From Candidatus Aminicenantes bacterium (GTDB lineage Bacteria; Acidobacteriota; Aminicenantia; UBA2199): DNA of 64,000 bases. The notes under the pieces were generated by a model that was given only the letters and a program-made list of their open reading frames with translations, did not search any database and was not told the origin of the DNA. The position numbers and the translations under genes were made by a program. Positions 27,387-36,789 of this stretch are shown piece after piece (positions within the stretch are counted from its first letter, which is position 1; every line of letters starts with the position of its first letter). The DNA lies in contig JADFDP010000005.1 in assembly GCA_018262835.1 (NCBI GenBank), positions 276-64,275 on the forward strand, in the 5' to 3' direction.

Positions 27387-28328
27387 ATGAAAATAGCAAT
27401 CATAGGCACTGGAGGGGTCGGCGGATACTTTGGCGGGAAAATAGCCAATGCAGGATATGATGTTACATTTGTAGCCCGTGGAGAACATCTTAAAGCCATT
27501 AGGGAAAAGGGCCTGAAAATCAAAAGCATTGCCGGGAACTTCAATGTTCGTAAAGCAAAAGCTACCGATGAAATAAAAAACATAGGAAAAGTCGACCTGG
27601 TAATCCTGGGGGTAAAAGCCTGGCAGGTTAAAGACGTTGCCAGGCAACTAAAAGATGTAACGGATGATCATACAACCGTATTGCCTTTGCAAAATGGCGT
27701 GATGGCGGCCCAGGAACTTGCGATGCAATTGGACAAAAAAAACATCGTAGGCGGCTTATGCAGAATCATCAGTAAAATTGAAGCACCCGGCATCATCCGT
27801 CATTTTGGCGTAGAGCCATTCATCGCCTTTGGCGAGCTTGACAATCAAAAGACCGACAGAACGGCAAGGATAAAGGAAGTGTTTGATCAGGCGGGAATTG
27901 CTCACCTGGTTGCGGATGACATCCATGTGGAATCATGGAACAAATTCATGGCCATATGTGTGAGCGGCTTGCTGGCCGTTACCCGTTCCACTTACGGAAC
28001 AGTCAGGGAACTTAAAGAAACAAGGAAGATGATGAACGATTTGCTTGCTGAAATTTATGAAATATCTTTCGGGGAAAAAATACGCTTGGACAATAAAATT
28101 GTGGAAAAAACCATGCTGCTTATTGATTCTTATCCTTATGACTCAACCTCTTCTTTAACAAGGGATGTAATGGCGGGAAGACCTTCAGAGATCGAATATC
28201 AGAATGGGACGGTAGTGAGATTGGGTGAAAAATATAATATCGACGTTCCGGTCAACCGCTTTATCTATAACTGTATCCTGCCCATGGAATTGGCGGCCAG
28301 GGCAAAGACAAAAAAGGGAATCAGTTGA
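27387..28328 (+). CDS. panE: 2-dehydropantoate 2-reductase
   Basis: GTGGVGGYFG, LQNG, W.KF, SS..RD...G..SEI...NG. Confidence 0.9.
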   Translation: MKIAIIGTGGVGGYFGGKIANAGYDVTFVARGEHLKAIREKGLKIKSIAGNFNVRKAKATDEIKNIGKVDLVILGVKAWQVKDVARQLKDVTDDHTTVLPLQNGVMAAQELAMQLDKKNIVGGLCRIISKIEAPGIIRHFGVEPFIAFGELDNQKTDRTARIKEVFDQAGIAHLVADDIHVESWNKFMAICVSGLLAVTRSTYGTVRELKETRKMMNDLLAEIYEISFGEKIRLDNKIVEKTMLLIDSYPYDSTSSLTRDVMAGRPSEIEYQNGTVVRLGEKYNIDVPVNRFIYNCILPMELAARAKTKKGIS

Positions 28329-28350
28329 TTATTAAACCAAGGAGGGTTTC

Positions 28351-28890
28351 ATGGAAACAAAACAAAGCCGGCGTCATTTCCTGAAAGCGTGCGCGCAGTC
28401 CGGCGCAGCCTGCTGCGCCCTTCTGGCCTGGAACCGGCACCTGCCGGCAACGGAAGTCCCCGAAGAAAAGCAGGAGCAGAAGCTGAAACCCATCGATTTC
28501 AGCAAGCTGTCTTATTGCGGGTTTCCTTGCGTGCAAGTGTGCGAGCTCTACAAGGCCACCCTGGAAAACGACGAAAAAGCAAAGAAACTTGTCTATGAGA
28601 AGTGGGGATGGAAGGAGAAGTTCGGCGTCGACTATGACCCGGAAAAAGTTTTCTGCCACACCTGCAAGCCCGGGGACAAGCCCAAAAAAGTCGGCATGGC
28701 CGAGTGCGTGATCCGCAACTGCGCCATGGCCAACGGCATGGCAGCGTGCGTCCAATGCCAGAATCTGGCCACCTGCGACAAGGAGTACTGGAAGAAGTGG
28801 CCGGATCTCTACGCGTTCAACATGAAAAACCAGGCGCGCTATCTGGCCGAGCCCGGGGCGGCCTTGCGGGAGCTCAAGACCGGTCTGTGA
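28351..28890 (+). CDS. Tat-exported Cys-rich DUF3795 protein
   Basis: SRRHFLK Tat motif; YCG..C..C, C..C, C.IR.CA, C.QC. Confidence 0.8.
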   Translation: METKQSRRHFLKACAQSGAACCALLAWNRHLPATEVPEEKQEQKLKPIDFSKLSYCGFPCVQVCELYKATLENDEKAKKLVYEKWGWKEKFGVDYDPEKVFCHTCKPGDKPKKVGMAECVIRNCAMANGMAACVQCQNLATCDKEYWKKWPDLYAFNMKNQARYLAEPGAALRELKTGL

Positions 28891-28944
28891 TGCGCGTGAC
28901 AATTGAAATGGAGTATGGGAAATTCTTTAAACAAGGAGTGAAAC

Positions 28945-29532
28945 ATGAATCGCAATGAATTTATCAAGAAGTGCGGCGCCGGCATTTGCGGCTGCGGCGT
29001 ATTGGGTCTGTTGACTCCGCTGTTGGCCCGGGCCGAGGCCGCGGCCACGCCGGCGGTGGCCGCGCCGGCGGCGGCCGTCCCGGAAGATGTTGAGCTGCTG
29101 AAGCAGCAACTGGAAGGCGCCCGCGAACGCTTCGCCAAGCTGCTGGCCGTCATGGCCGGGCAACTCGACGATGCCACCCGCGGCAAGATCCTGCAGAGCC
29201 TGGGCAGCCAATGCTCCCAGGACCTCGCCCCGTTCTTCAACAAGTACCGCGGCAACCTGCAGGGCTTCCTGGACAAGATCAAGACGGCCTGGGTGGAACG
29301 GACCGATTATGATGAAAAAACCGGCATGCTGCGCGTGATCGGCAAGCCCGCTCCCTGCGCCTGCCCGCTGGTGAAAGCGGGCCGGACCCCGGCTGAATTC
29401 TGCGACTGCTCCCGCGGCTGGACGCAGGCCGCCTTCGCCACCGTGCTGGGCAAGCCGGTCACCGTCGAGATCGAGGAATCGGTCCTGCGCGGCGGCTCGC
29501 GATGCAGCTTCCGCGTCGGCACCAAGGGGTAA
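28945..29532 (+). CDS. Cys-rich DUF6144/V4R-like protein with Tat-like leader
   Basis: G.QC, CACP, FCDCS.G, ESVLRGG..C.F; NRNEFIK leader. Confidence 0.75.
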   Translation: MNRNEFIKKCGAGICGCGVLGLLTPLLARAEAAATPAVAAPAAAVPEDVELLKQQLEGARERFAKLLAVMAGQLDDATRGKILQSLGSQCSQDLAPFFNKYRGNLQGFLDKIKTAWVERTDYDEKTGMLRVIGKPAPCACPLVKAGRTPAEFCDCSRGWTQAAFATVLGKPVTVEIEESVLRGGSRCSFRVGTKG

Positions 29533-29535
29533 GCA

Positions 29536-30213
29536 ATGAATGAAAACAAGATCCTGCAAAAAGGAAAACGTGTTGGAACCGGTTTGGCCTTTGTATTCTT
29601 TCCGCTTATTTTTGTTTTTGCCTTTGCGGTTCACCCGGGGTTGCTGAACCCGCATTTTCTCGGGCCGGAAGAGCTCATTCAGCGGGCTCATCAAAATGGG
29701 TTGCTGCAGTTCGGCCATTTGCTGGTCACCCTCTGCACCGTGCTGCTGATCGCCAGCGCCCTGCATTTCATGAAGCTCCTGGAAAGATCCGCGGCCTGGG
29801 CTGGAACCATCGGCGGCATGCTGGCGATTTTCGGGGCCGTGATACTGGCGGCGGACAAGGGTGCGTTGTGCCTGACCATGAGCGCCCTCGACGGCCTGCC
29901 TGAATCGCAGTTTTCACAGATGCTTCCCGGCTTATTGGCGATGTTTTCAAAGCAGGGGTGGCTGGTCATGCTATGGGGCATTGTTCTTCTGCCCCTCGGC
30001 TTTGCCATCCAGGCGCTGGCGTTGATCAGGACCCGCTCTCTCCCTCGCTGGCAAGGCATCATGTTTCTTGTCGGGGTGTTGTTCGTGGGCACCCCGGATG
30101 GCGTGGAAATCGTCAATCTGAGCGCATCCATATTGATGGCTATTGCTCTGATTCCCTATGGAGCCAAGCTCATGAAAGAATCGCCTATGGACAATTCTGT
30201 GCCAAGACTGTAG
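29536..30213 (+). CDS. Hypothetical membrane protein
   Basis: About six hydrophobic segments; in operon. Confidence 0.75.
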   Translation: MNENKILQKGKRVGTGLAFVFFPLIFVFAFAVHPGLLNPHFLGPEELIQRAHQNGLLQFGHLLVTLCTVLLIASALHFMKLLERSAAWAGTIGGMLAIFGAVILAADKGALCLTMSALDGLPESQFSQMLPGLLAMFSKQGWLVMLWGIVLLPLGFAIQALALIRTRSLPRWQGIMFLVGVLFVGTPDGVEIVNLSASILMAIALIPYGAKLMKESPMDNSVPRL

Positions 30214-30246
30214 AACATGCAGCAATTGGCTTAAGGAGAAGATAAC

Positions 30247-31017
30247 GTGACAGACTTTACCGTCGATCCAGCACAACGCAAAGCCGCAAAAATCGCGGGT
30301 TTCATGTTCCTGTTGATCGTGATAGGCTGGACGCTGAACTGGATTTTTGTCGATTCCAGGCTTCATGGCACGGGAAACGTCATGGCTGCGGCAAACGCCA
30401 TTATGGCCCATGAGCTGCTGTTCCGCATCGGGATGGCCAACGAGCTGATTTTTTCCATCAGCGGGATGGTACTGGCTCTTGCGCTTTACCGCATGCTCAA
30501 ACCGATAAACAGGAATCTTGCCCTGCTGGCCCTCTGCTGGAAGTTGATGGACGCCGTAATCGGGACCGTCAATGTGCTCGCCGCTTTCATGATGCTGCAG
30601 ATGTTGAATGGAAAAGCATTTCTGACGGTATTTAAACCGGAACAGCTGCAGGACATCGCCAGACTGTTTTTTAAGCTGCGCAGCAACGGAGCCGCCATCG
30701 TCATGCTATTTCTCGGCCTGGGGTTCATGGCGTTTTTCCATTTATTGTTCAAGTCCGGGTACGTCCCGCGACTATTGGCCGGCTTTGGAGTTTTTTCGTA
30801 TTTTCTCATTTTTGTGAATTCGTCGGCCGATATTCTCTTGCCCCGAAACGCGGCGGCGCTGACGATGGTCAGCCCGGTCGGCATGATTTTCATGACGCCG
30901 AGCATTCTCTTTGAACTGGCAATTGGTTTTTGGCTTATATTTAAAGGCATAAATGTTCAAACACAGGAAAACCCTGCTGTGGATTCTCCCGTAAGGAGAG
31001 ACGGAAAAAGTGAATAA
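30247..31017 (+). CDS. DUF4386 family membrane protein
   Basis: A.IAG...L, A.E.LFR.G, LY..LKP.N..LA, KSGYVPR, E.....WL..KG. Confidence 0.85.
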   Translation: MTDFTVDPAQRKAAKIAGFMFLLIVIGWTLNWIFVDSRLHGTGNVMAAANAIMAHELLFRIGMANELIFSISGMVLALALYRMLKPINRNLALLALCWKLMDAVIGTVNVLAAFMMLQMLNGKAFLTVFKPEQLQDIARLFFKLRSNGAAIVMLFLGLGFMAFFHLLFKSGYVPRLLAGFGVFSYFLIFVNSSADILLPRNAAALTMVSPVGMIFMTPSILFELAIGFWLIFKGINVQTQENPAVDSPVRRDGKSE

Positions 31018-31645
31018 AGCAGAAAAGTTTTGGGACAAAAAGGCAAGCCAGTTTGATCAGCGTGACAGGAATTTTGAACTGACTCACAGCCTGGCGGTTG
31101 AAAACACCAAAAAATATCTCCATGTCGGCGATATTGTTTTAGATTACGGATGTGCGACGGGAACGGTGGCCTTTGAAATTTCCAATCATGTGAAAGAGGT
31201 TCATGGCATTGACATATCGTCCAAAATGATCGTCGCTGCAAAAAGAAAAGCAGTTGAGCGCAAAATTGAAAATAGTTATTTCGCGCAAGCAACCCTATTT
31301 GATGAGAGATTCAAGAAAGAATCATTTGATGTGATCCTGGCTTTGAATATTTTGCTGCATCTGGAAGATACGCCGAAGGTGATGCAAAGGATAAATGAAT
31401 TGTTGAAGCCGGGAGGGTTGATCATTTCTGTAACGGCTTGCTTGGGAGAGAAGAAAAATTTTTCAGGCAAGCTTTTATTCTTCGGAGTATTCTCCCTGGT
31501 GAAAATGAGAATACTTCCTAATATAAGGTTCTTTAAAATCTCTGAATTGGAAGATTCCATAACGAATGGAAATTTTAAAATTGTTGAAACGAAAAGTTTG
31601 CATCATGGCCCAATGAACCATTTCATTGCCGCCAAGAAGAGATGA
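31010..31645 (+). CDS. Class I SAM-dependent methyltransferase
   Basis: EKFWD, VLDYGCATG, FDVILA.N.L, LLKPGG. Confidence 0.9.
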   Translation: MNKAEKFWDKKASQFDQRDRNFELTHSLAVENTKKYLHVGDIVLDYGCATGTVAFEISNHVKEVHGIDISSKMIVAAKRKAVERKIENSYFAQATLFDERFKKESFDVILALNILLHLEDTPKVMQRINELLKPGGLIISVTACLGEKKNFSGKLLFFGVFSLVKMRILPNIRFFKISELEDSITNGNFKIVETKSLHHGPMNHFIAAKKR

Positions 31646-31668
31646 CTGTTTTATAGGAGATAAATTTG

Positions 31669-32682
31669 ATGAAAGCAATTGTATACACAGATTATGGTCC
31701 GCCGGAAGTTCTTCAACTCAAGGAAATAGAAAAACCTGTTCCCCGGGACAATGAAATCCTGGTGCGGGTCCATGCGGCCTCGGTGAATTACGGGGATATC
31801 CTGGCGCGAAATTTCAAGGAAATCTCCCCGCGCGAATTCAATATGCCCTTGCTCTTATGGATCTTCGCGAAATTAATTTTTGGTGTCGGAAAACCGAGGA
31901 CAACCATACTGGGGAATGAATTTGCCGGGGAGATCGAAGCGGTCGGCAAGGATGTGAAACGATTCAAGGCGGGCGACCCGGTTTTCGGCTATCGTGGCCA
32001 AAGCATGGGCGCCTACGCCGAGTATCTCTGCATGCCCGAAACCGGGGTGCTGGCGCTAAAGCCGGCCAATATGACCGATGAAGAAGCCGCCGTCGTTCCT
32101 TACGGAGCGATCATGGCGTTGCATCTGCTGAGAAAACAAAATATCCGGCCGGGACAAAAGGTTTTGGTCAACGGGGCAAGCGGCGGAATCGGTTCGGCCG
32201 CGGTCCAGCTTGCCAAGTACTATGGGGCGGAGGTGACCGGGGTATGCGGCGCACCGAGATTGGACTATGTAAAATCCCTGGGAGCGGACAAGGTCATCGA
32301 TTACGGCAAAGAGGATTTTGCCGGAAGCGGCGAAACCTATGACCTGATTTTTGACATCCTGGGCAAGAGTTCGTTTTCCCGCTGCAAAAAATCACTATCG
32401 AAAAACGGGCGTTATCTCCGGGCCAGCTTCAAGACGAGAGAGCTTGGACAAATGCTATGGACCTCAATGATCGGCGGCAAGAGGGTCATATGCGCGCTGG
32501 CGCCCGGAAGCACGGAAGATCTGCTTTCCGTCAAAGAGCTCATTGAAGTGGGAAAGATTAAAACGGTCATTGACAGGCGCTATCCCTTGTCACAGGCTGC
32601 CGAAGCCCACCGCTACGTCGAGCAGGGGCACAAGAAGGGAAGCGTGGTCATTACCGTAGCGCCGGTTAGCGAAACCCGGTGA
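31669..32682 (+). CDS. NAD(P)-dependent zinc-binding-dehydrogenase-family (MDR) oxidoreductase
   Basis: MKAIV...[21 protein letters not shown]...AEAH. Confidence 0.9.
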   Translation: MKAIVYTDYGPPEVLQLKEIEKPVPRDNEILVRVHAASVNYGDILARNFKEISPREFNMPLLLWIFAKLIFGVGKPRTTILGNEFAGEIEAVGKDVKRFKAGDPVFGYRGQSMGAYAEYLCMPETGVLALKPANMTDEEAAVVPYGAIMALHLLRKQNIRPGQKVLVNGASGGIGSAAVQLAKYYGAEVTGVCGAPRLDYVKSLGADKVIDYGKEDFAGSGETYDLIFDILGKSSFSRCKKSLSKNGRYLRASFKTRELGQMLWTSMIGGKRVICALAPGSTEDLLSVKELIEVGKIKTVIDRRYPLSQAAEAHRYVEQGHKKGSVVITVAPVSETR

Positions 32683-32741
32683 ACTGGAGAAAAGGAATGA
32701 AATTAGCGGCTGATGCCGGTGATGTTCAGACGACCCGCTCC

Positions 32742-33464
32742 TTAAAGGGTGTAAAATTTAACTTCATTTGTTTGGCAGAAGCCGACTTGCGAATCAGGCG
32801 CCAGCGGCCGATTGAAGGCAAAATCAGCGAAAAAATTCTGGATTTCCCACCTGATCTGAGCATTTTTCTGCATTAGGCTTGTGCTCAGGCTGTGCTTCAA
32901 CTCGGTTTGGCAGTGCGAATAAAAGAAGCTCGTACCCACACCTCTCAGGAACAGGCATGATTTCTCGGTGCTGACGGCAAAAGACCAGCGCATTTCAAAT
33001 TTCCCTTCCAGGGGGATGGCCACACTTTGACCTTGCTCAGGAAAGATAGGCTTCAGCCAGTTTCTCACACTGCTGGTTCCCGTGTAATCCGCGGTACTGG
33101 CAAGGGGGATGGCTGTTCCCGGTTTTCGCCAGACAAGGAGTCTGACGACCGTGTTCAAGGCCGTAGCATGGGTGCCGCCGCCGCTATAAAAGCCTGGGCT
33201 CTTTTCAACGAGGACCGCTCTTCCGAGCATCACCCTGGCGCCGGATAGGGGCGCGCCGTTTTCCTTGAGAGAGATTTCTCCGGCAACATGGCCGGTGCTG
33301 GCCATGACCAGGCCCTTGATTTGCAGTGGCTTCTGCTTTCCCCCCCATGGCGATTGAAATCCGATATCTGCATCTTGCCCAGATACAGCCGTTGGCCAGA
33401 TCAAAAGGGAACAAAGTGAAATACACCCAAGTAAGACCTTTGATTTCCAAAAATGACGGCTCAT
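32742..33464 (-). CDS. Hypothetical secreted protein
   Basis: GGAGGTG SD, signal peptide. Confidence 0.65.
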   Translation of the reverse strand: MSRHFWKSKVLLGCISLCSLLIWPTAVSGQDADIGFQSPWGGKQKPLQIKGLVMASTGHVAGEISLKENGAPLSGARVMLGRAVLVEKSPGFYSGGGTHATALNTVVRLLVWRKPGTAIPLASTADYTGTSSVRNWLKPIFPEQGQSVAIPLEGKFEMRWSFAVSTEKSCLFLRGVGTSFFYSHCQTELKHSLSTSLMQKNAQIRWEIQNFFADFAFNRPLAPDSQVGFCQTNEVKFYTL

Positions 33465-33777
33465 TTCTCACCTCCATGCAGCCAAAAGAAATGTTTTTTT
33501 ATTTTATTCCCCTTTCACTTTGCTTTTTTACATTTTATAAATACCAGTTCGGCCCCAAATATCTCAACCTAAAAAACAAAACATTTTTTCTTTCAAAAGC
33601 CGCGAATTTCCAGCTTTTACATGCAGCAAACAATGACGGGGGTATGCTGCCAGGTTCTTCATCGCCTATTGAGGAAAGTGGCAATGAAAGACCGCGCTCC
33701 ATGCACTTCTCACAATTTGAAAATGCATACATTAAAGGCGCCGCTCGTCCGTCATGTAATTTCACGTGGTGAGTTCA

Positions 33778-33940
33778 ATTTAGGCTTGACCCCGGCAGGT
33801 CAATAAATTACCGGTAAGTGTTTCAAGACCATAGGGGAACACGCGGAATTCAAGGGCTATTGGGTGGGCTATTGGGGACGGATTGTGATTGTGTGACTTT
33901 AGGGAGCTTGGGGACGATGCTTATGCGGGTGACTTGAAAT
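33778..33940. repeat. GGGG-tagged repeat cluster
   Basis: GGGGTCAAGCC(-) about 33783-33793; GGGGACGGATTGTGATTGTGTGACTTT 33874; GGGGACGATGCTT...GTGACTT 33910. Confidence 0.7.
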
Positions 33941-33969
33941 TCCCGGGAGTGGAATGCCATAATCGGCAA

Positions 33970-34389
33970 ATGAAAGCCAAAGTCAATATGAAGCGCGAGA
34001 TGGTCGCCCCCTGCGGCATGAACTGCAACCTCTGCAGCTGGGTCCTCGACCCGACAAAGCCGGGCTGCGCCGGCTGCCGGCCCCGCGGCCGGGGCTGCGT
34101 CCATAAAAAAGGCCTGTGCAAAAAGCTCGCCAAGCAGGAGATCGGTTTCTGCTACCAGTGCGAACAGTTCCCTTGCGAAAGCCTGCTGCTGGTCGAGAAG
34201 CGCTATGTCCACGCGCACAACTACAGCTTCGTGGAGAACCTCAACTTTATTCGCGAAAGGGGCATGCCGGCGTTCCTGCGGCGCGAAATCAAGCGCTACA
34301 CCTGCCCGTCGTGCGGGAAATTGCTCACCGTGCACAGCGACAAGTGCCCCCATTGCCGGCAGCGGTTCAACCGCAAGGACCGGCGCTGA
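33970..34389 (+). CDS. DUF3795 Cys-rich protein
   Basis: APCG.NC..C, C.GC, C..C..FPC, C..CG...C..C. Confidence 0.85.
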   Translation: MKAKVNMKREMVAPCGMNCNLCSWVLDPTKPGCAGCRPRGRGCVHKKGLCKKLAKQEIGFCYQCEQFPCESLLLVEKRYVHAHNYSFVENLNFIRERGMPAFLRREIKRYTCPSCGKLLTVHSDKCPHCRQRFNRKDRR

Positions 34390-34446
34390 AGAGACATCGG
34401 GGCTGATCTTTTATTGTTGCCGCCAATCTGCTACGATGTTCCGGTC

Positions 34447-35667
34447 ATGAATGAATCCATCTCCCAAAAGACTGCGCGGCGCCTGGCGCTGCACGCCCAG
34501 CTCCTTGATGGCCGAACCAGGATCATGAACGGCGTCCGCGGGGTTGCGCAGGCGATCGAACATCTGGGGTATGTGCAGATCGACACCATCTCGGTGATCG
34601 AGCGGGCGCACCATCATACGTTGTGGACCAGGGTGCCGGCTTACCAACCGGAGCATCTGCACCAGGCGCATGCCGTCGACCGGACCGTCTTTGAATACTG
34701 GGGGCACGCCGCCTCGTACTTGCCGATGGGCGACTTCAGGTTTTACATCCCCATGATGCGCAGTTTTTACGATCCCAAAAATTCATGGTTCCGGGGCTGG
34801 GGAGAGAAGTATGGCAGTCACCTTGAGCCCGTACTCAAGAAAATTCGTGAGGAAGGACCCAAAGCGGCGCGCGATTTCGAGAACCCCGGCGGCCGGGGCC
34901 AGGGGCCGTGGTGGGACTGGAAGCCGGCCAAGGCGGCGCTGGAGATGCTGTTCTGGCGCGGCGAGCTGATGATCCGCGAGCGCAACGGCTTCGAGCGCAT
35001 CTACGACCTGACAGAGCGCGTCCTGCCTGCGGGGACCGACACGCGTGAGCCCTCCCCCAGTGAGTTGGGGCGGTTCATCGTGCGCCGTGCCCTCGGCGCC
35101 CTGGGACTTGCGAGCGAAAAGGAGATCAGGGACTACATCCGCATCGGCGACAAAAGCATCGTTGTCGGCGCCCTCAAAGAAATGCTCGCGGCAGCGGAGA
35201 TCGCGCGCCTCGGCGTCGAGAACCGCGGCGGCAAATTTTACGCCTTGCCAAGCGCCTTGGAGGAAGCGAGACGCATGCGCGCCGCGGCGTCCCGCGTTTG
35301 CCTGCTCAACCCCTTCGACAGCCTGGTGATCTCGCGCTCGCGTTTGAAGGAGCGCTTTGATTTCGACTACACCCTGGAATGCTACGTTCCGAGAGACAAA
35401 AGGCGCCACGGTTATTTCCTGCTGCCCATATTGTTCGGCGAGAGCATTGTCGGCCGCCTGGATCCCAAGGCCGACCGCAAAAGCAAAACGCTCATCGTGC
35501 GCCGGCTTGTCCTCGAGCCCGAAGGCATGGATGCCGACGCCCTGGTCCCGGAACTCGGCAGGGCTATCAATGAACTGGCGCGCTTCAACGGCTGCGAAAG
35601 GATCGCGCTGGAAAACGTCGGACCGAAAGGATTCCTGGTCCCGCTGAAAAAGGCGTTGTTTAGGTAG
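34447..35667 (+). CDS. ycaQ: YcaQ-like interstrand-crosslink DNA glycosylase (HTH_42)
   Basis: VQIDTISV..RAH (QxD), FEYWGH.A, YDL.ER, PFD.L, LECY.P..KR..GY. Confidence 0.88.
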   Translation: MNESISQKTARRLALHAQLLDGRTRIMNGVRGVAQAIEHLGYVQIDTISVIERAHHHTLWTRVPAYQPEHLHQAHAVDRTVFEYWGHAASYLPMGDFRFYIPMMRSFYDPKNSWFRGWGEKYGSHLEPVLKKIREEGPKAARDFENPGGRGQGPWWDWKPAKAALEMLFWRGELMIRERNGFERIYDLTERVLPAGTDTREPSPSELGRFIVRRALGALGLASEKEIRDYIRIGDKSIVVGALKEMLAAAEIARLGVENRGGKFYALPSALEEARRMRAAASRVCLLNPFDSLVISRSRLKERFDFDYTLECYVPRDKRRHGYFLLPILFGESIVGRLDPKADRKSKTLIVRRLVLEPEGMDADALVPELGRAINELARFNGCERIALENVGPKGFLVPLKKALFR

Positions 35668-35730
35668 GTGCTGGGTTTTCCAGCCCCTTGCGCATTATCT
35701 GACCCGTGGGGCGCGATAACCGCGCCCTAC
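35664..35730. repeat. GTAG REP inverted dimer between convergent ycaQ and ltaE
   Basis: GTAGGTGCTGGGTTTTCCAGCCCC ... GGGGCGCGATAACCGCGCCCTAC; right arm nearly identical to the 13084 REP. Confidence 0.8.
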
Positions 35731-36758
35731 AAGCAGCTCGCGCGGATGGTGGCGGCGAAATCGGAGATCTGCTGCTCGCTGGTGTTCCACGAGCACATCC
35801 AGCGCACTTCGTTCTTTTCCTCGTCCCAGGTGTAGAAGAAATATTTTTCCAATAGCTTGTCCAGGGCCCGGCGGGGCAGCGAGGCGAACACGGCATTGGC
35901 CTGGACCGGCTGGACTATTTTCAATCCCGGAATATCCTTGACCTTTTCTTCCAGCAGCCTGGCCATGAGGTTGGCGTGGGAAGCGTTCTGCAGCCACAGG
36001 TCGTCGCTGAGCATCGCGGTCAGCTGGGCGGCGATGAAGCGCATCTTGCTGGCCAGCTGCATCTTCTGCTTGCGGATGAAAAGGGTGTCCCGGCTCAGCT
36101 CGGGATGGAAGCAGACCACGGCTTCGCCCAGCAGCAGCCCGTTCTTGGTGCCGCCGAAGGAGAGGATGTCGACCCCGGCCGCGCCGCTGATCTCTCCCAG
36201 CCCCTTGCTTAAGGAGGCGGCGGCGTTGCACATCCGCGCCCCGTCCATGTGCAGGTAGAGGCCGTGGCCGTGGCAGAAGGCGGCGATGGCCTTCACCTCT
36301 TCGACGCTGTAGACCGTGCCCAGCTCGCTGGACTGGGTGATGGAGACCAGGGCGGGCTGGGCGCGGTGCTGGTCCAGGCGCCCCTGCAGGTGGCGGGCGA
36401 TGTGGTCGCAGGTGAGCTTGCCGTCGGCGGTGTGCACGGCGAGCAGCTTGCAGCCGGTGGCGCCCTCCGGGGCGCCGCACTCGTCGGCGTTGATGTGGGC
36501 GTGCTCGCTGCAGATCACGGCGTTGAACGAGCGCGCCAGGGTGGAGATGCTGATGACGTTGGCGCCGGTGCCGTTGAACACCAAGTAGACGTCGGCGTTC
36601 TTGCCGAAGTGCTCGCGGAATTTGGCGACGGCCGCTTCGGTGTGGGCGTCGAGTCCGTAGGCCACGGCCGGGCCGCTGTTGGCTTCCTTGATCGCATCCA
36701 GGATGCGCGGGTGGATCCCGGAGTGGTTGTCGCTTCCGAACGTCGTGTCAATCGCCAT
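35727..36758 (-). CDS. ltaE: Low-specificity L-threonine aldolase
   Basis: F.SDN, NGTGAN, HMDGAR, SFGGTKNG, SKMRF. Confidence 0.92.
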   Translation of the reverse strand: MAIDTTFGSDNHSGIHPRILDAIKEANSGPAVAYGLDAHTEAAVAKFREHFGKNADVYLVFNGTGANVISISTLARSFNAVICSEHAHINADECGAPEGATGCKLLAVHTADGKLTCDHIARHLQGRLDQHRAQPALVSITQSSELGTVYSVEEVKAIAAFCHGHGLYLHMDGARMCNAAASLSKGLGEISGAAGVDILSFGGTKNGLLLGEAVVCFHPELSRDTLFIRKQKMQLASKMRFIAAQLTAMLSDDLWLQNASHANLMARLLEEKVKDIPGLKIVQPVQANAVFASLPRRALDKLLEKYFFYTWDEEKNEVRWMCSWNTSEQQISDFAATIRASCL

Positions 36759-36789
36759 GTCTCCTCCTGGGGGCGGCCGGGGGCCGCGT

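Noticed and set aside
33480-33830. Small ORFs or a transposase remnant in the intergenic region
   Set aside because: No recognisable motifs (no HUH or DDE signature) and no convincing start signals; left unassigned.
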